DNA of 64,000 nucleotides from Ignavibacteriota bacterium (GTDB lineage: Bacteria; Bacteroidota; Ignavibacteria; UBA10030; UBA6906), in contig CAWDEM010000008.1 in NCBI GenBank assembly GCA_963801355.1, positions 2,368,001-2,432,000 of the forward strand, in the 5' to 3' direction. This document shows, in pieces, positions 54,384-63,362 of this stretch. How positions within the stretch are numbered: position 1 is the stretch's first letter; every line of letters starts with the position of its first letter. The position numbers were made by a program, and so were the translations under genes. Under the pieces are notes generated by a model, which was not told the origin of the DNA, did no database searches, and saw only the letters and a list, made by a program, of their open reading frames with translations.

Positions 54384-54752
54384 CTATTCACTGAGCACGC
54401 GCTCAATCGTGGTGAGCAGATCCACCAAGTCGTACGGCTTGCTGACAAAATCATCCGCGCCCAGCTTTTTGGACTCGATGGCGTTTTTCAGATCCGCAAA
54501 TCCCGTGAGCATCACGACCTTGGTCTTCTCGTGCTGCTCCTTGATGTGCTTGAGGACTTCAAAACCGTTCATCCGGGGCATTTTGATGTCCAGCAGCACG
54601 AGATCAAAGGAGTTCTTGCCCATTTCCTGAATGGCATCGTCTCCATCCGGGGCCGTGCGCACATCGTATCCCTCGTTGATCAGCTCGTTGCTGAGCACGG
54701 TGCGCAGAGAATCTTCGTCGTCAACGACTAGCACCGATCGTTTCTTGGCCAT
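54384..54752 (-). CDS. Single-domain response regulator
   Basis: VVDDE, LLDIKMP, MLTG, SKP; start taken at MAKKR. Confidence 0.9.
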   Translation of the reverse strand: MAKKRSVLVVDDEDSLRTVLSNELINEGYDVRTAPDGDDAIQEMGKNSFDLVLLDIKMPRMNGFEVLKHIKEQHEKTKVVMLTGFADLKNAIESKKLGADDFVSKPYDLVDLLTTIERVLSE

Positions 54753-54833
54753 CAGAGCGCTCTCCGGCGTTTTGGTGAGTTCCGGCCCATGCTGCCCCAC
54801 GACGCCACCGTACAAGGACCGGCAATGCGGAAA

Positions 54834-54895
54834 AGTATACCCAAAGTTGTGAACAAAATCAACAATTTGCAACTCTCCCCGCATTGTGCTATTAT
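54834..54895. promoter_or_regulatory. Back-to-back promoters of the response-regulator cluster
   Basis: Minus TTGATT(54862-54857)-N17-TATACT(54839-54834). Plus TTGCAA(54867-54872)-N17-TATTAT(54890-54895). Confidence 0.6.
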
Positions 54896-54904
54896 TACCC
54901 CACA

Positions 54905-55582
54905 ATGGACCCCTCCGAACCAATCAACCTGCTCTTTGTAGATGACGATGTGGCCTATATGGCCATTGCCCGCCATCTCCTCACGAAATACCAGGGATCC
55001 CGCTTCCAGGTGACCTGGAAACAGGACGCAAATTCCTCGCTGGCGTTTCTGGCCGAATCACCTGACATCGACCTCATTGTGATTGACTATTTTCTTCCGG
55101 ATATGAACGGACTGCAATTGGTTCAGCACATCCGCGAGCGCAACCACGAAATACCCATCGTTTTTCTTACCTCCAACCGGGATTTCCGCCTGGCGATTGA
55201 AGTCATGAAGTACGGCGTGGAGGACTATCTGATCAAGGATGAGGCGGTGGATTCGGTCCTTCCCAGAACCATTCTGAACATTATCGAGCGCGTTCACCTC
55301 AAGAGGCAAATTGCCCTGGAACGGAAGGCCGATTTGATAGCCCGTAAACGGACGGACGCCATAAAGGAACTCGTTGTCACGGTATGCCATGAGTTCAATA
55401 ACCCCCTTGCTGCAATCAAGATCAGCACCGATATTCTCCTCCGCCAGTCGCTTGATGAGGAAGAAACCCGGCTGGTGCATGCCATCGACGAAAATATCAA
55501 CCTGGTGGAGAAGGAAATCTCCCGGCTCCGCGATATGAATTTTGAGCGCCCCGAATTCCTGGAAAGCCCGGGGCGGTCTTGA
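54905..55582 (+). CDS. REC + HisKA (DHp) protein lacking the HATPase domain
   Basis: VDDD, IDYFLPD.NG, FLT, YLIK; then VCHEFNNPLAAIK H-box; ends about 60 aa later. Confidence 0.85.
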   Translation: MDPSEPINLLFVDDDVAYMAIARHLLTKYQGSRFQVTWKQDANSSLAFLAESPDIDLIVIDYFLPDMNGLQLVQHIRERNHEIPIVFLTSNRDFRLAIEVMKYGVEDYLIKDEAVDSVLPRTILNIIERVHLKRQIALERKADLIARKRTDAIKELVVTVCHEFNNPLAAIKISTDILLRQSLDEEETRLVHAIDENINLVEKEISRLRDMNFERPEFLESPGRS

Positions 55583-55612
55583 TTCTCAACCGGTTCTTTC
55601 CTATATTAATAA

Positions 55613-55765
55613 TTCCTGAAGTGAAATTGACCGGCAAGTGCCGGATTTGCTATAGACTGATGTATCACTGAAGCCAGTGAAACGGACACCCTATACCGAC
55701 CGAAAGCTTTTTGCGAAAAACACACAACCTCACAATCCCGCCCCACGGCGGGATTCTTATTTTCT
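55613..55765 (+). ncRNA. Candidate structured small RNA or leader with its own promoter and terminator
   Basis: TTGATT(55579)-N17-TATATT(55602-55607); hairpins CCGGC-aagt-GCCGG and TCACTG-aagc-CAGTGA; terminator AATCCCGCC-ccac-GGCGGGATT-CTTATTTTCT. Confidence 0.5.
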
Positions 55766-55776
55766 GTGAGGGGGCC

Positions 55777-56889
55777 ATGAGCATGCAGGTTCGGGACATA
55801 CAGCGTGTGCTGGAGGAATGGGCACCGCGGACAGCGGCGTGGGAGCACGACAATGTCGGCATACAGTGCGGTGATCCGCATATGAAGGTTCGGGGAGTAC
55901 TGATCTGCCTTGACATCACGGAGGACGTTGTCCGCGACGCCCTCCGTCGCCAGGCGAACCTGATTGTCAGCCATCATCCCCTCCTCTATCATCCCCTGTC
56001 CTCGGTCACCTCAACCACGCGCGCCGGCCGCACAGTGACCATACTTGTACGGAAAGAGATTGCGGCCCTCGCAGCACACACCAACCTTGATGCCGCACCG
56101 GAAGGCACAAGTGCAGCCCTTGCCGGCGTCCTGGGTGTGCGGGACCCGGAGCCCCTCGATCATTCGTTGGGACTGCAGGTGAAATTGGTGACGTTCACAC
56201 CCACGGCCGACGTGGATCGGGTCGCCCGGGCCATGGCGGAAGCCGGCGCGGGTATCATCGGCAACTACTCGTTGTGTTCGTTCCGTACGGAAGGCATTGG
56301 AACATTTCAGGGAAATGCGGCGTCACAGCCGGCCGCCGGCCGGCGGGGGAAGTACGAACGCATCCCGGAAGTGCGGTTGGAAATGATCGTCGACCGCGAC
56401 CGCCTCCCCGGCGTCCTTGCAGCCATGCGGGACGCGCATCCCTATGAAGAAGTGGCATACGATATCTATCCGGTTGAGAATGCACACCCCCGGTTCGGGA
56501 TGGGGGCAATCGGCAGTTTACCCCGCCCCTCGACGCTCGGGGCGTTTCTCCGCCGGGTCCGGCGCACGTTGAGCACGGGCGCACTCCGGTATACGGGGGA
56601 CGTGCGGCGGCGGGTTGTCCGCGTCGCCGTGTGCGGCGGGGCCGGCAGCCGTCTCATCGAACACGCGATCGCGCAGCATGCAGACGTGTTCGTCACAAGC
56701 GATGTTTCGTTTCACCGTTTTCAGGATGCCGCAGGACGCGTCGCGCTGATTGACGCCGGGCATCACGAAACCGAATACCCGGTACTCGCGACGCTTGCCG
56801 GGAAGATCCGGGAGGCATGCCGGGCACGGGCGGAACGCATTCCCGTCGCCGTCAGTGCAGTACGTACCAATCCTGTTGCTTATGCGTAG
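55777..56889 (+). CDS. Nif3/YbgI-family dinuclear metal-centre protein with PII-like insertion
   Basis: DNVG, SHHPL, AHTNLD, GAG.IGNY..CSF, HPYEEVAYD, DAGHHETE. Confidence 0.92.
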   Translation: MSMQVRDIQRVLEEWAPRTAAWEHDNVGIQCGDPHMKVRGVLICLDITEDVVRDALRRQANLIVSHHPLLYHPLSSVTSTTRAGRTVTILVRKEIAALAAHTNLDAAPEGTSAALAGVLGVRDPEPLDHSLGLQVKLVTFTPTADVDRVARAMAEAGAGIIGNYSLCSFRTEGIGTFQGNAASQPAAGRRGKYERIPEVRLEMIVDRDRLPGVLAAMRDAHPYEEVAYDIYPVENAHPRFGMGAIGSLPRPSTLGAFLRRVRRTLSTGALRYTGDVRRRVVRVAVCGGAGSRLIEHAIAQHADVFVTSDVSFHRFQDAAGRVALIDAGHHETEYPVLATLAGKIREACRARAERIPVAVSAVRTNPVAYA

Positions 56890-56909
56890 TAATGTCAGAG
56901 GAGCCATCG

Positions 56910-57641
56910 TTGAAAACAAAGTTGCAGCAGCTGTACGCCCTGCAACTCGTCGATTCACATCTCGACGAGCTGCAGGAGCTTAAGGGAGACCTGCCGGGCG
57001 AGGTGCAATCGCTCGAAGAACAACTTGCAGGACTCGGCGACGAGCGGAAAAATCATGAATCAAGCATGAAGCAGTCGTTCTCGCAGCGTGACGACGCCGA
57101 CGCACATATCATCTCACTGAAGGAACGGCTGGAAAAATACAAGAAACAGCAGTTCGCCGTGCGCACAAACAGGGAATATGACGCCCTGACGCGAGAGATG
57201 GATACGGCGACCGAGACGATCACGAAGCTCGAGAAGGATATGGAGCAATTGGAAGCGGCGGCCACGATTGCACGGACGCAAATGGAGGAAGCCGACGTAA
57301 AAATTGCCGAGCTTGAAAAAATCCTGACGGAAAAACGGGCCGCCCTTGCCGAGGTATCCAAGGCGACCGAAGACGAGGAGCTGCGTTTCACGCACGAGCG
57401 CGACAAGCTTGTCGCACGCATCACCAAGCCTGATCTCGCGGCGTACGAGCGGATCCGGAAGGCGAAGCGCGGCACAGCCGTCGTTCCCGTCAAACGCGAG
57501 GCGTGCGGCGGATGCCACAACCGCGTGCCGCCACAGAAACTTCTCGAGCTCCGGAAGAACGACCGGATATACACGTGTGAGCGGTGCGGACGTATCATTG
57601 TGTCCGACGAAATCGTGCAGTCCAGCGTCCGCATGGCATGA
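56910..57641 (+). CDS. Coiled-coil C4 zinc-ribbon protein (CT398/DUF164-like)
   Basis: LQLVDS, REYDAL..E, CGGC...CERCGRII; TTG start after GAGGAG. Confidence 0.88.
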   Translation: MKTKLQQLYALQLVDSHLDELQELKGDLPGEVQSLEEQLAGLGDERKNHESSMKQSFSQRDDADAHIISLKERLEKYKKQQFAVRTNREYDALTREMDTATETITKLEKDMEQLEAAATIARTQMEEADVKIAELEKILTEKRAALAEVSKATEDEELRFTHERDKLVARITKPDLAAYERIRKAKRGTAVVPVKREACGGCHNRVPPQKLLELRKNDRIYTCERCGRIIVSDEIVQSSVRMA

Positions 57642-58051
57642 CGCTCTATGCAGCTACAGACGGGGCATCCCGCGGCAATCCTGGTGAAAGCGGCGTGGGG
57701 GTGATTGTGCGTGATGAGGCAGGACGGGAAGTGCTTTCGATCTCCCGGTACCTCGGGACAGCGACGAACAATATCGCCGAATACACGGCCCTGATCCTTC
57801 TGCTGCAGGAGATGCAAAAAATCCCCTGCTCCCGGCTCGTGGTACAGTCCGACAGCGAGCTTCTGGTGCGCCAGGTAAACGGGAAGTATAAGGTGAAGAA
57901 TCCCGGCCTGAAACGGAAATTCGACGAGGTGCAACGGCTCCGTGCGGTGTTGCCGTGCACACTCGAAGTACGTTATGTCCCCCGGGCAGAAAATGCCGAG
58001 GCCGACTGGTTGGCCAACCGGGGGATCGACGAACGCAAGATTTTTCTATAA
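57638..58051 (+). CDS. rnhA: Ribonuclease HI family protein
   Basis: TDGASRGNPG, TNNIAEY, DSELLVRQ, N..AD.LAN. Confidence 0.88.
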   Translation: MTLYAATDGASRGNPGESGVGVIVRDEAGREVLSISRYLGTATNNIAEYTALILLLQEMQKIPCSRLVVQSDSELLVRQVNGKYKVKNPGLKRKFDEVQRLRAVLPCTLEVRYVPRAENAEADWLANRGIDERKIFL

Positions 58052-58071
58052 CTCACATAAACCAATCACAC

Positions 58072-58489
58072 AGCAGGTCGGGCAACCGCGCCACGCTACA
58101 TGCGGGGTGAGGAAAGTCCGAACTCCATAGAGCAGGGTGCCCCGTGAACAACAGGGGTCCCGACCGCGCAAGCGGCCGGGAACGGAAAGTGTCACAGAAA
58201 ATACACCACCCCGAGTTCCGGCGACGCTTCGCGTCGTCGGAGGCGAAGGGAAAGGGTGAAAAGGCGAGGTAAGAGCTCACCGCCCCGGGAGTAATCCCGG
58301 GGGCACGACAAACCCCACCTGGAGCAAGGCCAAATATGAGAGGAGAGGCTGCTCGTCTCGCTTCCCGCTACGGCGGGATCCACTCTCGGGTAGGCCGCTA
58401 GAGCCAAGGAGCAATCCGCGGCCCAGAGAAATGGTTGCCTCCTCCGCAGTCAAACGCGGGGAAGACAGAATTCGGCTTACAGACCTGCT
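58072..58489 (+). ncRNA. rnpB: RNase P RNA (type A)
   Basis: GAGGAAAGTCCGAACTC, ACAGAAA, GGAGCAAG, ACAGAATTCGGCTTAC; P1 pairing AGCAGGTC/GACCTGCT. Confidence 0.97.
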
Positions 58490-58545
58490 CTGCTGTTGGG
58501 CACCGCGTCCGGTCGCCCGCAGCATTTTACCGTACGGAGTTCCAT

Positions 58546-60276
58546 GTGCACCAACAAGTGAAGGAGCACAGGTGGATCGTGGCCGATCCACCTGACCCGG
58601 GTGTCGTTACCACCCTGGCCAAGGAGATTAATGTTCCGGAGAGCATTGCGAAAGTCCTTGTCTACCGCGGCATCGCGGACTACGATAGGGCAAAGGAGTA
58701 CTTCCGACCGTCGCTGACACAGCTGCACGATCCGTTCCTGCTGGATGGAATGGAAGTCGCGGTTGCACGCATCCGTGCAGCCTTGGCGACACATGAGCAG
58801 ATGTTCGTGTTCGGCGACTATGATGTGGACGGCACGAACGGTGCCGCAATGCTCTATCTGTTTCTCCGTGACCGCGGCGGCAATGTCGGCTACTATATCC
58901 CGGACCGTCTGAAGGAAGGGTACGGCATATCGCATCAGGGAATCGACCGTGCGATTGAACTGGGCGTCACTCTCTTCCTGGCAATCGATTGCGGCATTAC
59001 GGCGGTCGATCAGATTGCGTACGCGAGCGAAAAGGGCCTGGATGTTATCATCTGTGATCATCATGAAGCAGGCCAGACGCTGCCCAAGGCACTCGCCGTG
59101 CTGGATCCGATCAAGCCGGGTGATACCTATCCGTTTAAGTTCCTGTGCGGTTGCGGGGTCGGCTTCAAGCTCATCCAGGGTCTGGCCCGCAGCATGGGCG
59201 ACGAATCACTGGTCACCCCGTTCCTGGACTTTGTCACGCTGGCCAGTACAGCGGATATCGTCCCGCTGACCGGGGAGAACCGTGTCCTCGTCAAGATCGG
59301 GCTGCAATCGATCAACACCGCGCCGCGGCCCGGGATCAAAGCCCTTATTGAAAGTGCAGGCTTGCGACCGGGGAACATCACCACCGGCCAGATTGTGTTT
59401 GCCCTTGCGCCCCGTATCAATGCCGTCGGGCGCCTGGGTGATGCGACGCGCGCAGTGCGCCTGCTGACGTCCGAAGACGCCGAAGAAGCCCGGTCCCTCG
59501 CCCAGATCCTTGAAGAGGAGAACCGGAACCGGCGGCGCATCGACGAAGACACCTTTGCCGATGCACAACAACTCGCCGAGGAATGTCTGGATCTCGACAC
59601 CGACCCCGCCATTGTGTTGCACCAGGAGCACTGGCATCCGGGCGTCGTGGGGATCGTCGCTTCACGCATGGTCGAGCGATACTACAAGCCCTCCATCATG
59701 ATGGCGACCGTCGATGGGGTCGCCAAAGGGTCGGCGCGCAGCGTGTCGGGCTTTGACATCTACGAAGCCCTCAAACGCTGCGAAGACAAGCTTCTGCAAT
59801 TCGGCGGACACAAGTATGCCGCGGGTGTCACCGTGGATTTAAGCCGTGTCGACGAATTCCGCGACGCGTTCAATGCCGCAGTGAAACTGTTGATGAAAGA
59901 AGAGTTGAAAACACCGGAGATCCGAATCGACCTGGAACTTACACTGTCCGATATCACTCCATGGTTTGTCAAGCTCCTCCGGGAGTTCGCCCCGTTCGGA
60001 CCCAACAACACCAGGCCGACCTTCCTGACCCGCAATCTCGAGGTGGCCGGGAGTCCACGCATCGTCGGCCGCAACCATCTGCGCTTCCGGGTACGGCAGA
60101 ACGGCGTGGTCTTCGACGCGATCGGATTCGGTCTTGGCGAGCACCTTCCACGCATCCCCGTGGGTCGCCGCGACCTCGATTGTGTCTATACTGTCGAAGA
60201 AAACGAATGGAATGCACCGACGGGATCCCGATCGGGAGACCCCGTTCCGCAGCTCAAGATCAAAGACCTACGGTAA
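58546..60276 (+). CDS. recJ: Single-stranded-DNA exonuclease RecJ
   Basis: GDYDVDG, DCG, DHH, PRINAVGRL, GSARS, FGGH..AAG. Confidence 0.96.
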   Translation: MHQQVKEHRWIVADPPDPGVVTTLAKEINVPESIAKVLVYRGIADYDRAKEYFRPSLTQLHDPFLLDGMEVAVARIRAALATHEQMFVFGDYDVDGTNGAAMLYLFLRDRGGNVGYYIPDRLKEGYGISHQGIDRAIELGVTLFLAIDCGITAVDQIAYASEKGLDVIICDHHEAGQTLPKALAVLDPIKPGDTYPFKFLCGCGVGFKLIQGLARSMGDESLVTPFLDFVTLASTADIVPLTGENRVLVKIGLQSINTAPRPGIKALIESAGLRPGNITTGQIVFALAPRINAVGRLGDATRAVRLLTSEDAEEARSLAQILEEENRNRRRIDEDTFADAQQLAEECLDLDTDPAIVLHQEHWHPGVVGIVASRMVERYYKPSIMMATVDGVAKGSARSVSGFDIYEALKRCEDKLLQFGGHKYAAGVTVDLSRVDEFRDAFNAAVKLLMKEELKTPEIRIDLELTLSDITPWFVKLLREFAPFGPNNTRPTFLTRNLEVAGSPRIVGRNHLRFRVRQNGVVFDAIGFGLGEHLPRIPVGRRDLDCVYTVEENEWNAPTGSRSGDPVPQLKIKDLR

Positions 60277-60295
60277 GATCAAGGAGAACGAGACC

Positions 60296-61057
60296 ATGTC
60301 AGGCCATTCGAAGTGGGCTACCATCAAGCGGAAAAAAGCTGCGACCGATTCTGCCAGAGGCCGCTTGTTCACACGCCTGATCAAGGAAATCAGCATCGCC
60401 GCCCGCCAGGGGGGCGGTAACGCCGAAGGAAACCCGCGCCTTCGCCTCGCCATCCAGACGGCAAAAGCCGCGAATATGCCGGCGGACAATATCAAGCGCG
60501 CGGTTCAGAAAGGCACCGGCGAGCTCCCCGGTGTCGCGTACGAGGAGGTTACGTATGAAGGATACGGGCCCGGCGGCGTCGCTGTCCTCGTGGAAACCGT
60601 CACCGACAACGCCAACCGTACCGTGTCCGAGATGCGCCATACCTTCAGCAGGAGCAACGGCAACCTCGGACAAAGCGGGAGCGTGGCCTGGATGTTCCAC
60701 CGCAAAGGATCGATCATCGTCCCCAAAGCCGGACAGAAAGTGCCCTTGACGGAAGATGACCTGATGGGGATCATCATCGACGCGGGTGCCGACGACATGC
60801 AGACCGAAGTCGATCTGTACGCCATTACCACCTCTTCACACGATTTGGCTGCGGTCAAGAAAGCAATCGAGGATAAAGGTATTGTCGTCGAAAGCGCAGC
60901 CCTCCAGATGGTTCCGCAGACGACCGTGAAGATCACGGGCAAGGATGCGGAGAACATGATGAAGCTGATGGAAGCACTTGATCAGCATGATGACGTCCAG
61001 AACGTTTACGCGAACTTCGATATCGACGACAAGGAACTTGCGACGCTCAGTGCCTGA
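60296..61057 (+). CDS. YebC/PmpR family protein
   Basis: MSGHSKWATIKRKK, YEGYGPGG, TDN.NRT, DDVQNVY. Confidence 0.96.
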   Translation: MSGHSKWATIKRKKAATDSARGRLFTRLIKEISIAARQGGGNAEGNPRLRLAIQTAKAANMPADNIKRAVQKGTGELPGVAYEEVTYEGYGPGGVAVLVETVTDNANRTVSEMRHTFSRSNGNLGQSGSVAWMFHRKGSIIVPKAGQKVPLTEDDLMGIIIDAGADDMQTEVDLYAITTSSHDLAAVKKAIEDKGIVVESAALQMVPQTTVKITGKDAENMMKLMEALDQHDDVQNVYANFDIDDKELATLSA

Positions 61058-61082
61058 CACACAGCAAGCGGCTTCCAGAATC

Positions 61083-61619
61083 ATGGTGGTGCTCGGAGTT
61101 GACCCGGGCACTCTGGTGACAGGGTTCGGTGTCGTGGCCCGGAAAGGCACCACCCTCCGGCTCCTTGCCTCCGGCACGATCACCTCTTCTTCGGGCAGCA
61201 GCATTCCCGAGCGGCTCCATACGATCTACACCCGGCTCCGGCACGTGCTGGCGGTACACCATCCCGACGAGTTCGCCATCGAGAGCGCATTCTACGGAAA
61301 GAACGCGCAATCCGCACTGAAACTCGGGCATGCCCGCGGCGTCTGCCTGCTGGCTGCCGTGCAGCGCGGTCTGACGCCTGCGGAATATTCACCCCGCGAA
61401 GTGAAGAAGGCCGTCGTGGGCAACGGCAATGCGTCGAAAGAACAAGTGCAGTTCATGGTCAAAGCGCTGCTGGGAATCAAAGGCGGCGGTATGGCCGCCG
61501 ACACCTCCGACGCGATCGCCACGGCACTCTGTCACCTGAACAGAACATCACTCCCATCCTCCCGTCATCGCAGCTGGCGGTCGTATGTGGAGGCGCACCC
61601 CGAGAAAGTGGTGTCATGA
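61083..61619 (+). CDS. ruvC: Holliday junction resolvase
   Basis: LGVDPG, AIE, LGHARGV, G.ASKEQV, D..DAIA. Confidence 0.95.
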   Translation: MVVLGVDPGTLVTGFGVVARKGTTLRLLASGTITSSSGSSIPERLHTIYTRLRHVLAVHHPDEFAIESAFYGKNAQSALKLGHARGVCLLAAVQRGLTPAEYSPREVKKAVVGNGNASKEQVQFMVKALLGIKGGGMAADTSDAIATALCHLNRTSLPSSRHRSWRSYVEAHPEKVVS

Positions 61620-62221
61620 TCACCAGGCTTCGCGGTGAACTCATAGCAAAATCCCCGACGGAAGTGGTTGTCGATGTCAACGGCGTCGGTTACGGCGTGC
61701 ACATTCCCGTGTCGACATTCGAGAAGATCGGAGATCTGCATTCCACCGTCCAGCTGTTCACGCACTTGCATGTACGGGAGGATCTGCTCCAGTTGTACGG
61801 ATTTGCGACCGACGAGGAACGGGCGGTGTTCCGCCTGCTGATATCGGTTACCGGCATCGGTCCGAAGATGGCCCAGGGTATTCTCTCGGGGATCTCTGTC
61901 CCCGATCTGAAAACATACCTCGCCTCGGGCAACGCCGCAGCTCTGATCTCGATACCCGGCGTCGGACGCAAACTGGCGGACCGTCTCGTCGTCGAGCTGA
62001 AGGACAAAATGGGGCGGCTGGACTCGGGCGGTCCGGGCGCGGCATTCCCGGCCGATGCGCAGGGGTCTATGCGCTCCGAGGCATTACTGGCGCTCACGTC
62101 TCTCGGGTACAACCGGGCCGTGGCCGAGCGGGCCCTGCGCGCGGCACTGGAGGAGCTTTCCGACAACTCCCCCACCGTCGAAGGGCTCATTAAAACTGCA
62201 CTGCGGCACGCCGCAGGATAG
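61616..62221 (+). CDS. ruvA: Holliday junction branch migration protein A
   Basis: DVNGVGY, VRED...LYGF, GIGPK, IPGVGRK. Confidence 0.96.
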   Translation: MITRLRGELIAKSPTEVVVDVNGVGYGVHIPVSTFEKIGDLHSTVQLFTHLHVREDLLQLYGFATDEERAVFRLLISVTGIGPKMAQGILSGISVPDLKTYLASGNAAALISIPGVGRKLADRLVVELKDKMGRLDSGGPGAAFPADAQGSMRSEALLALTSLGYNRAVAERALRAALEELSDNSPTVEGLIKTALRHAAG

Positions 62222-62254
62222 GTCCGCCGGGCACCCTTCTCCCGTCCCGTTTCG

Positions 62255-62283
62255 TTGCTTTTCTGAAGCGCATCTGTTACCTT
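62255..62283 (+). promoter_or_regulatory. Internal promoter upstream of ruvB
   Basis: TTGCTT-N17-TACCTT. Confidence 0.45.
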
Positions 62284-62314
62284 TAGATTCGCGCTGTACC
62301 CGTATACCCCATCC

Positions 62315-63358
62315 GTGAAACGCAAAACAGACCATACGAACCCGGAGAGGATGGAGAACGAAGCCGAGATGGATCAGGCACTCCGCCCTCTCACATTCGC
62401 GGATTTTAACGGTCAAAAGAAGATCGTTGACAACCTGCGCGTTTTCATTACTGCGGCTCGTCAACGCAAGGAATCGCTCGATCATGTGTTGCTGACCGGC
62501 CCGCCTGGACTCGGCAAAACGACCCTCGCCCATATTATCGCCAACGAAATGGGCGCCGCACTTAAATCCACCTCCGGGCCGGTTCTCGACAAGCCCGGCG
62601 ACCTTGCAGGCCTGCTCACTAACCTGCAAGAAGGCGATGTGCTGTTCATCGACGAAATTCACCGCTTGAATCCCGTGGTCGAGGAGTATCTCTACTCCGC
62701 AATGGAGGATTTCCGTCTGGATATCATGATTGACGCGGGCCCCAATGCGCGCAGCATACAACTCTCGCTCCCCCGCTACACGTTGATCGGCGCCACCACC
62801 AGGTCCGGTCTGCTGACCGCCCCCCTGAGGGCGAGATTCGGCGTCACGAACCGTCTGGACTACTATACAAGCGAGACGCTTGCATCAATTATCAGCCGGT
62901 CCGCCCGCATACTCAACGTCAGGATCGATGACGACGGCATCCACGAAATCGCCCGCCGTTCACGTGGCACCCCGCGAATCGCAAACCGGCTCCTGAGGAG
63001 GTGCAGGGACTTCGCGCAGGCGGACCCCGTGCTCGCGCATCACCGGGGCGTCATCGCCCGTGAGGTTGCAAATCATGCCCTGCTTGCGCTGGAGGTGGAC
63101 GAACACGGTCTGGATGAGATGGACAAACGTATCCTGCTCTGCCTGCTGGAGAAGTACAACGGCGGACCCGTGGGCATCAACACCCTCGCGGTTGCCGTCG
63201 GCGAAGAGGCCGGCACGATCGAGGAAGTCTACGAACCCTACCTGATCCAGGAAGGGTTCATCAAGCGAACACCGCGCGGGCGGGAAGCTACCGTCCTTGC
63301 GTACAAGCACTTTGATATTCGCACACCTGTTCCATCCCAGCATTCACTCTTTGGCTGA
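62315..63358 (+). CDS. ruvB: Holliday junction branch migration helicase
   Basis: [37 protein letters not shown]. Confidence 0.98.
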   Translation: MKRKTDHTNPERMENEAEMDQALRPLTFADFNGQKKIVDNLRVFITAARQRKESLDHVLLTGPPGLGKTTLAHIIANEMGAALKSTSGPVLDKPGDLAGLLTNLQEGDVLFIDEIHRLNPVVEEYLYSAMEDFRLDIMIDAGPNARSIQLSLPRYTLIGATTRSGLLTAPLRARFGVTNRLDYYTSETLASIISRSARILNVRIDDDGIHEIARRSRGTPRIANRLLRRCRDFAQADPVLAHHRGVIAREVANHALLALEVDEHGLDEMDKRILLCLLEKYNGGPVGINTLAVAVGEEAGTIEEVYEPYLIQEGFIKRTPRGREATVLAYKHFDIRTPVPSQHSLFG

Positions 63359-63362
63359 CCCT

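Noticed and set aside
54847-54864. TTGTGAA-CAAA-ATCAACA as a Rex operator
   Set aside because: Only the left half matches; the right half matches 4 of 7 and coincides with a -35 element
55613-55765. Assignment of the Nif3 leader to TPP, SAM-I, ZTP, c-di-GMP, c-di-AMP riboswitches or 6S RNA
   Set aside because: Their conserved core sequences, or the long 6S rod pairing, are not evident by eye; left unassigned
58053-58591. Short ORFs over 58053-58591 and the extended recJ N-terminus from 58435
   Set aside because: They overlap the RNase P RNA; recJ more plausibly starts at GTG 58546
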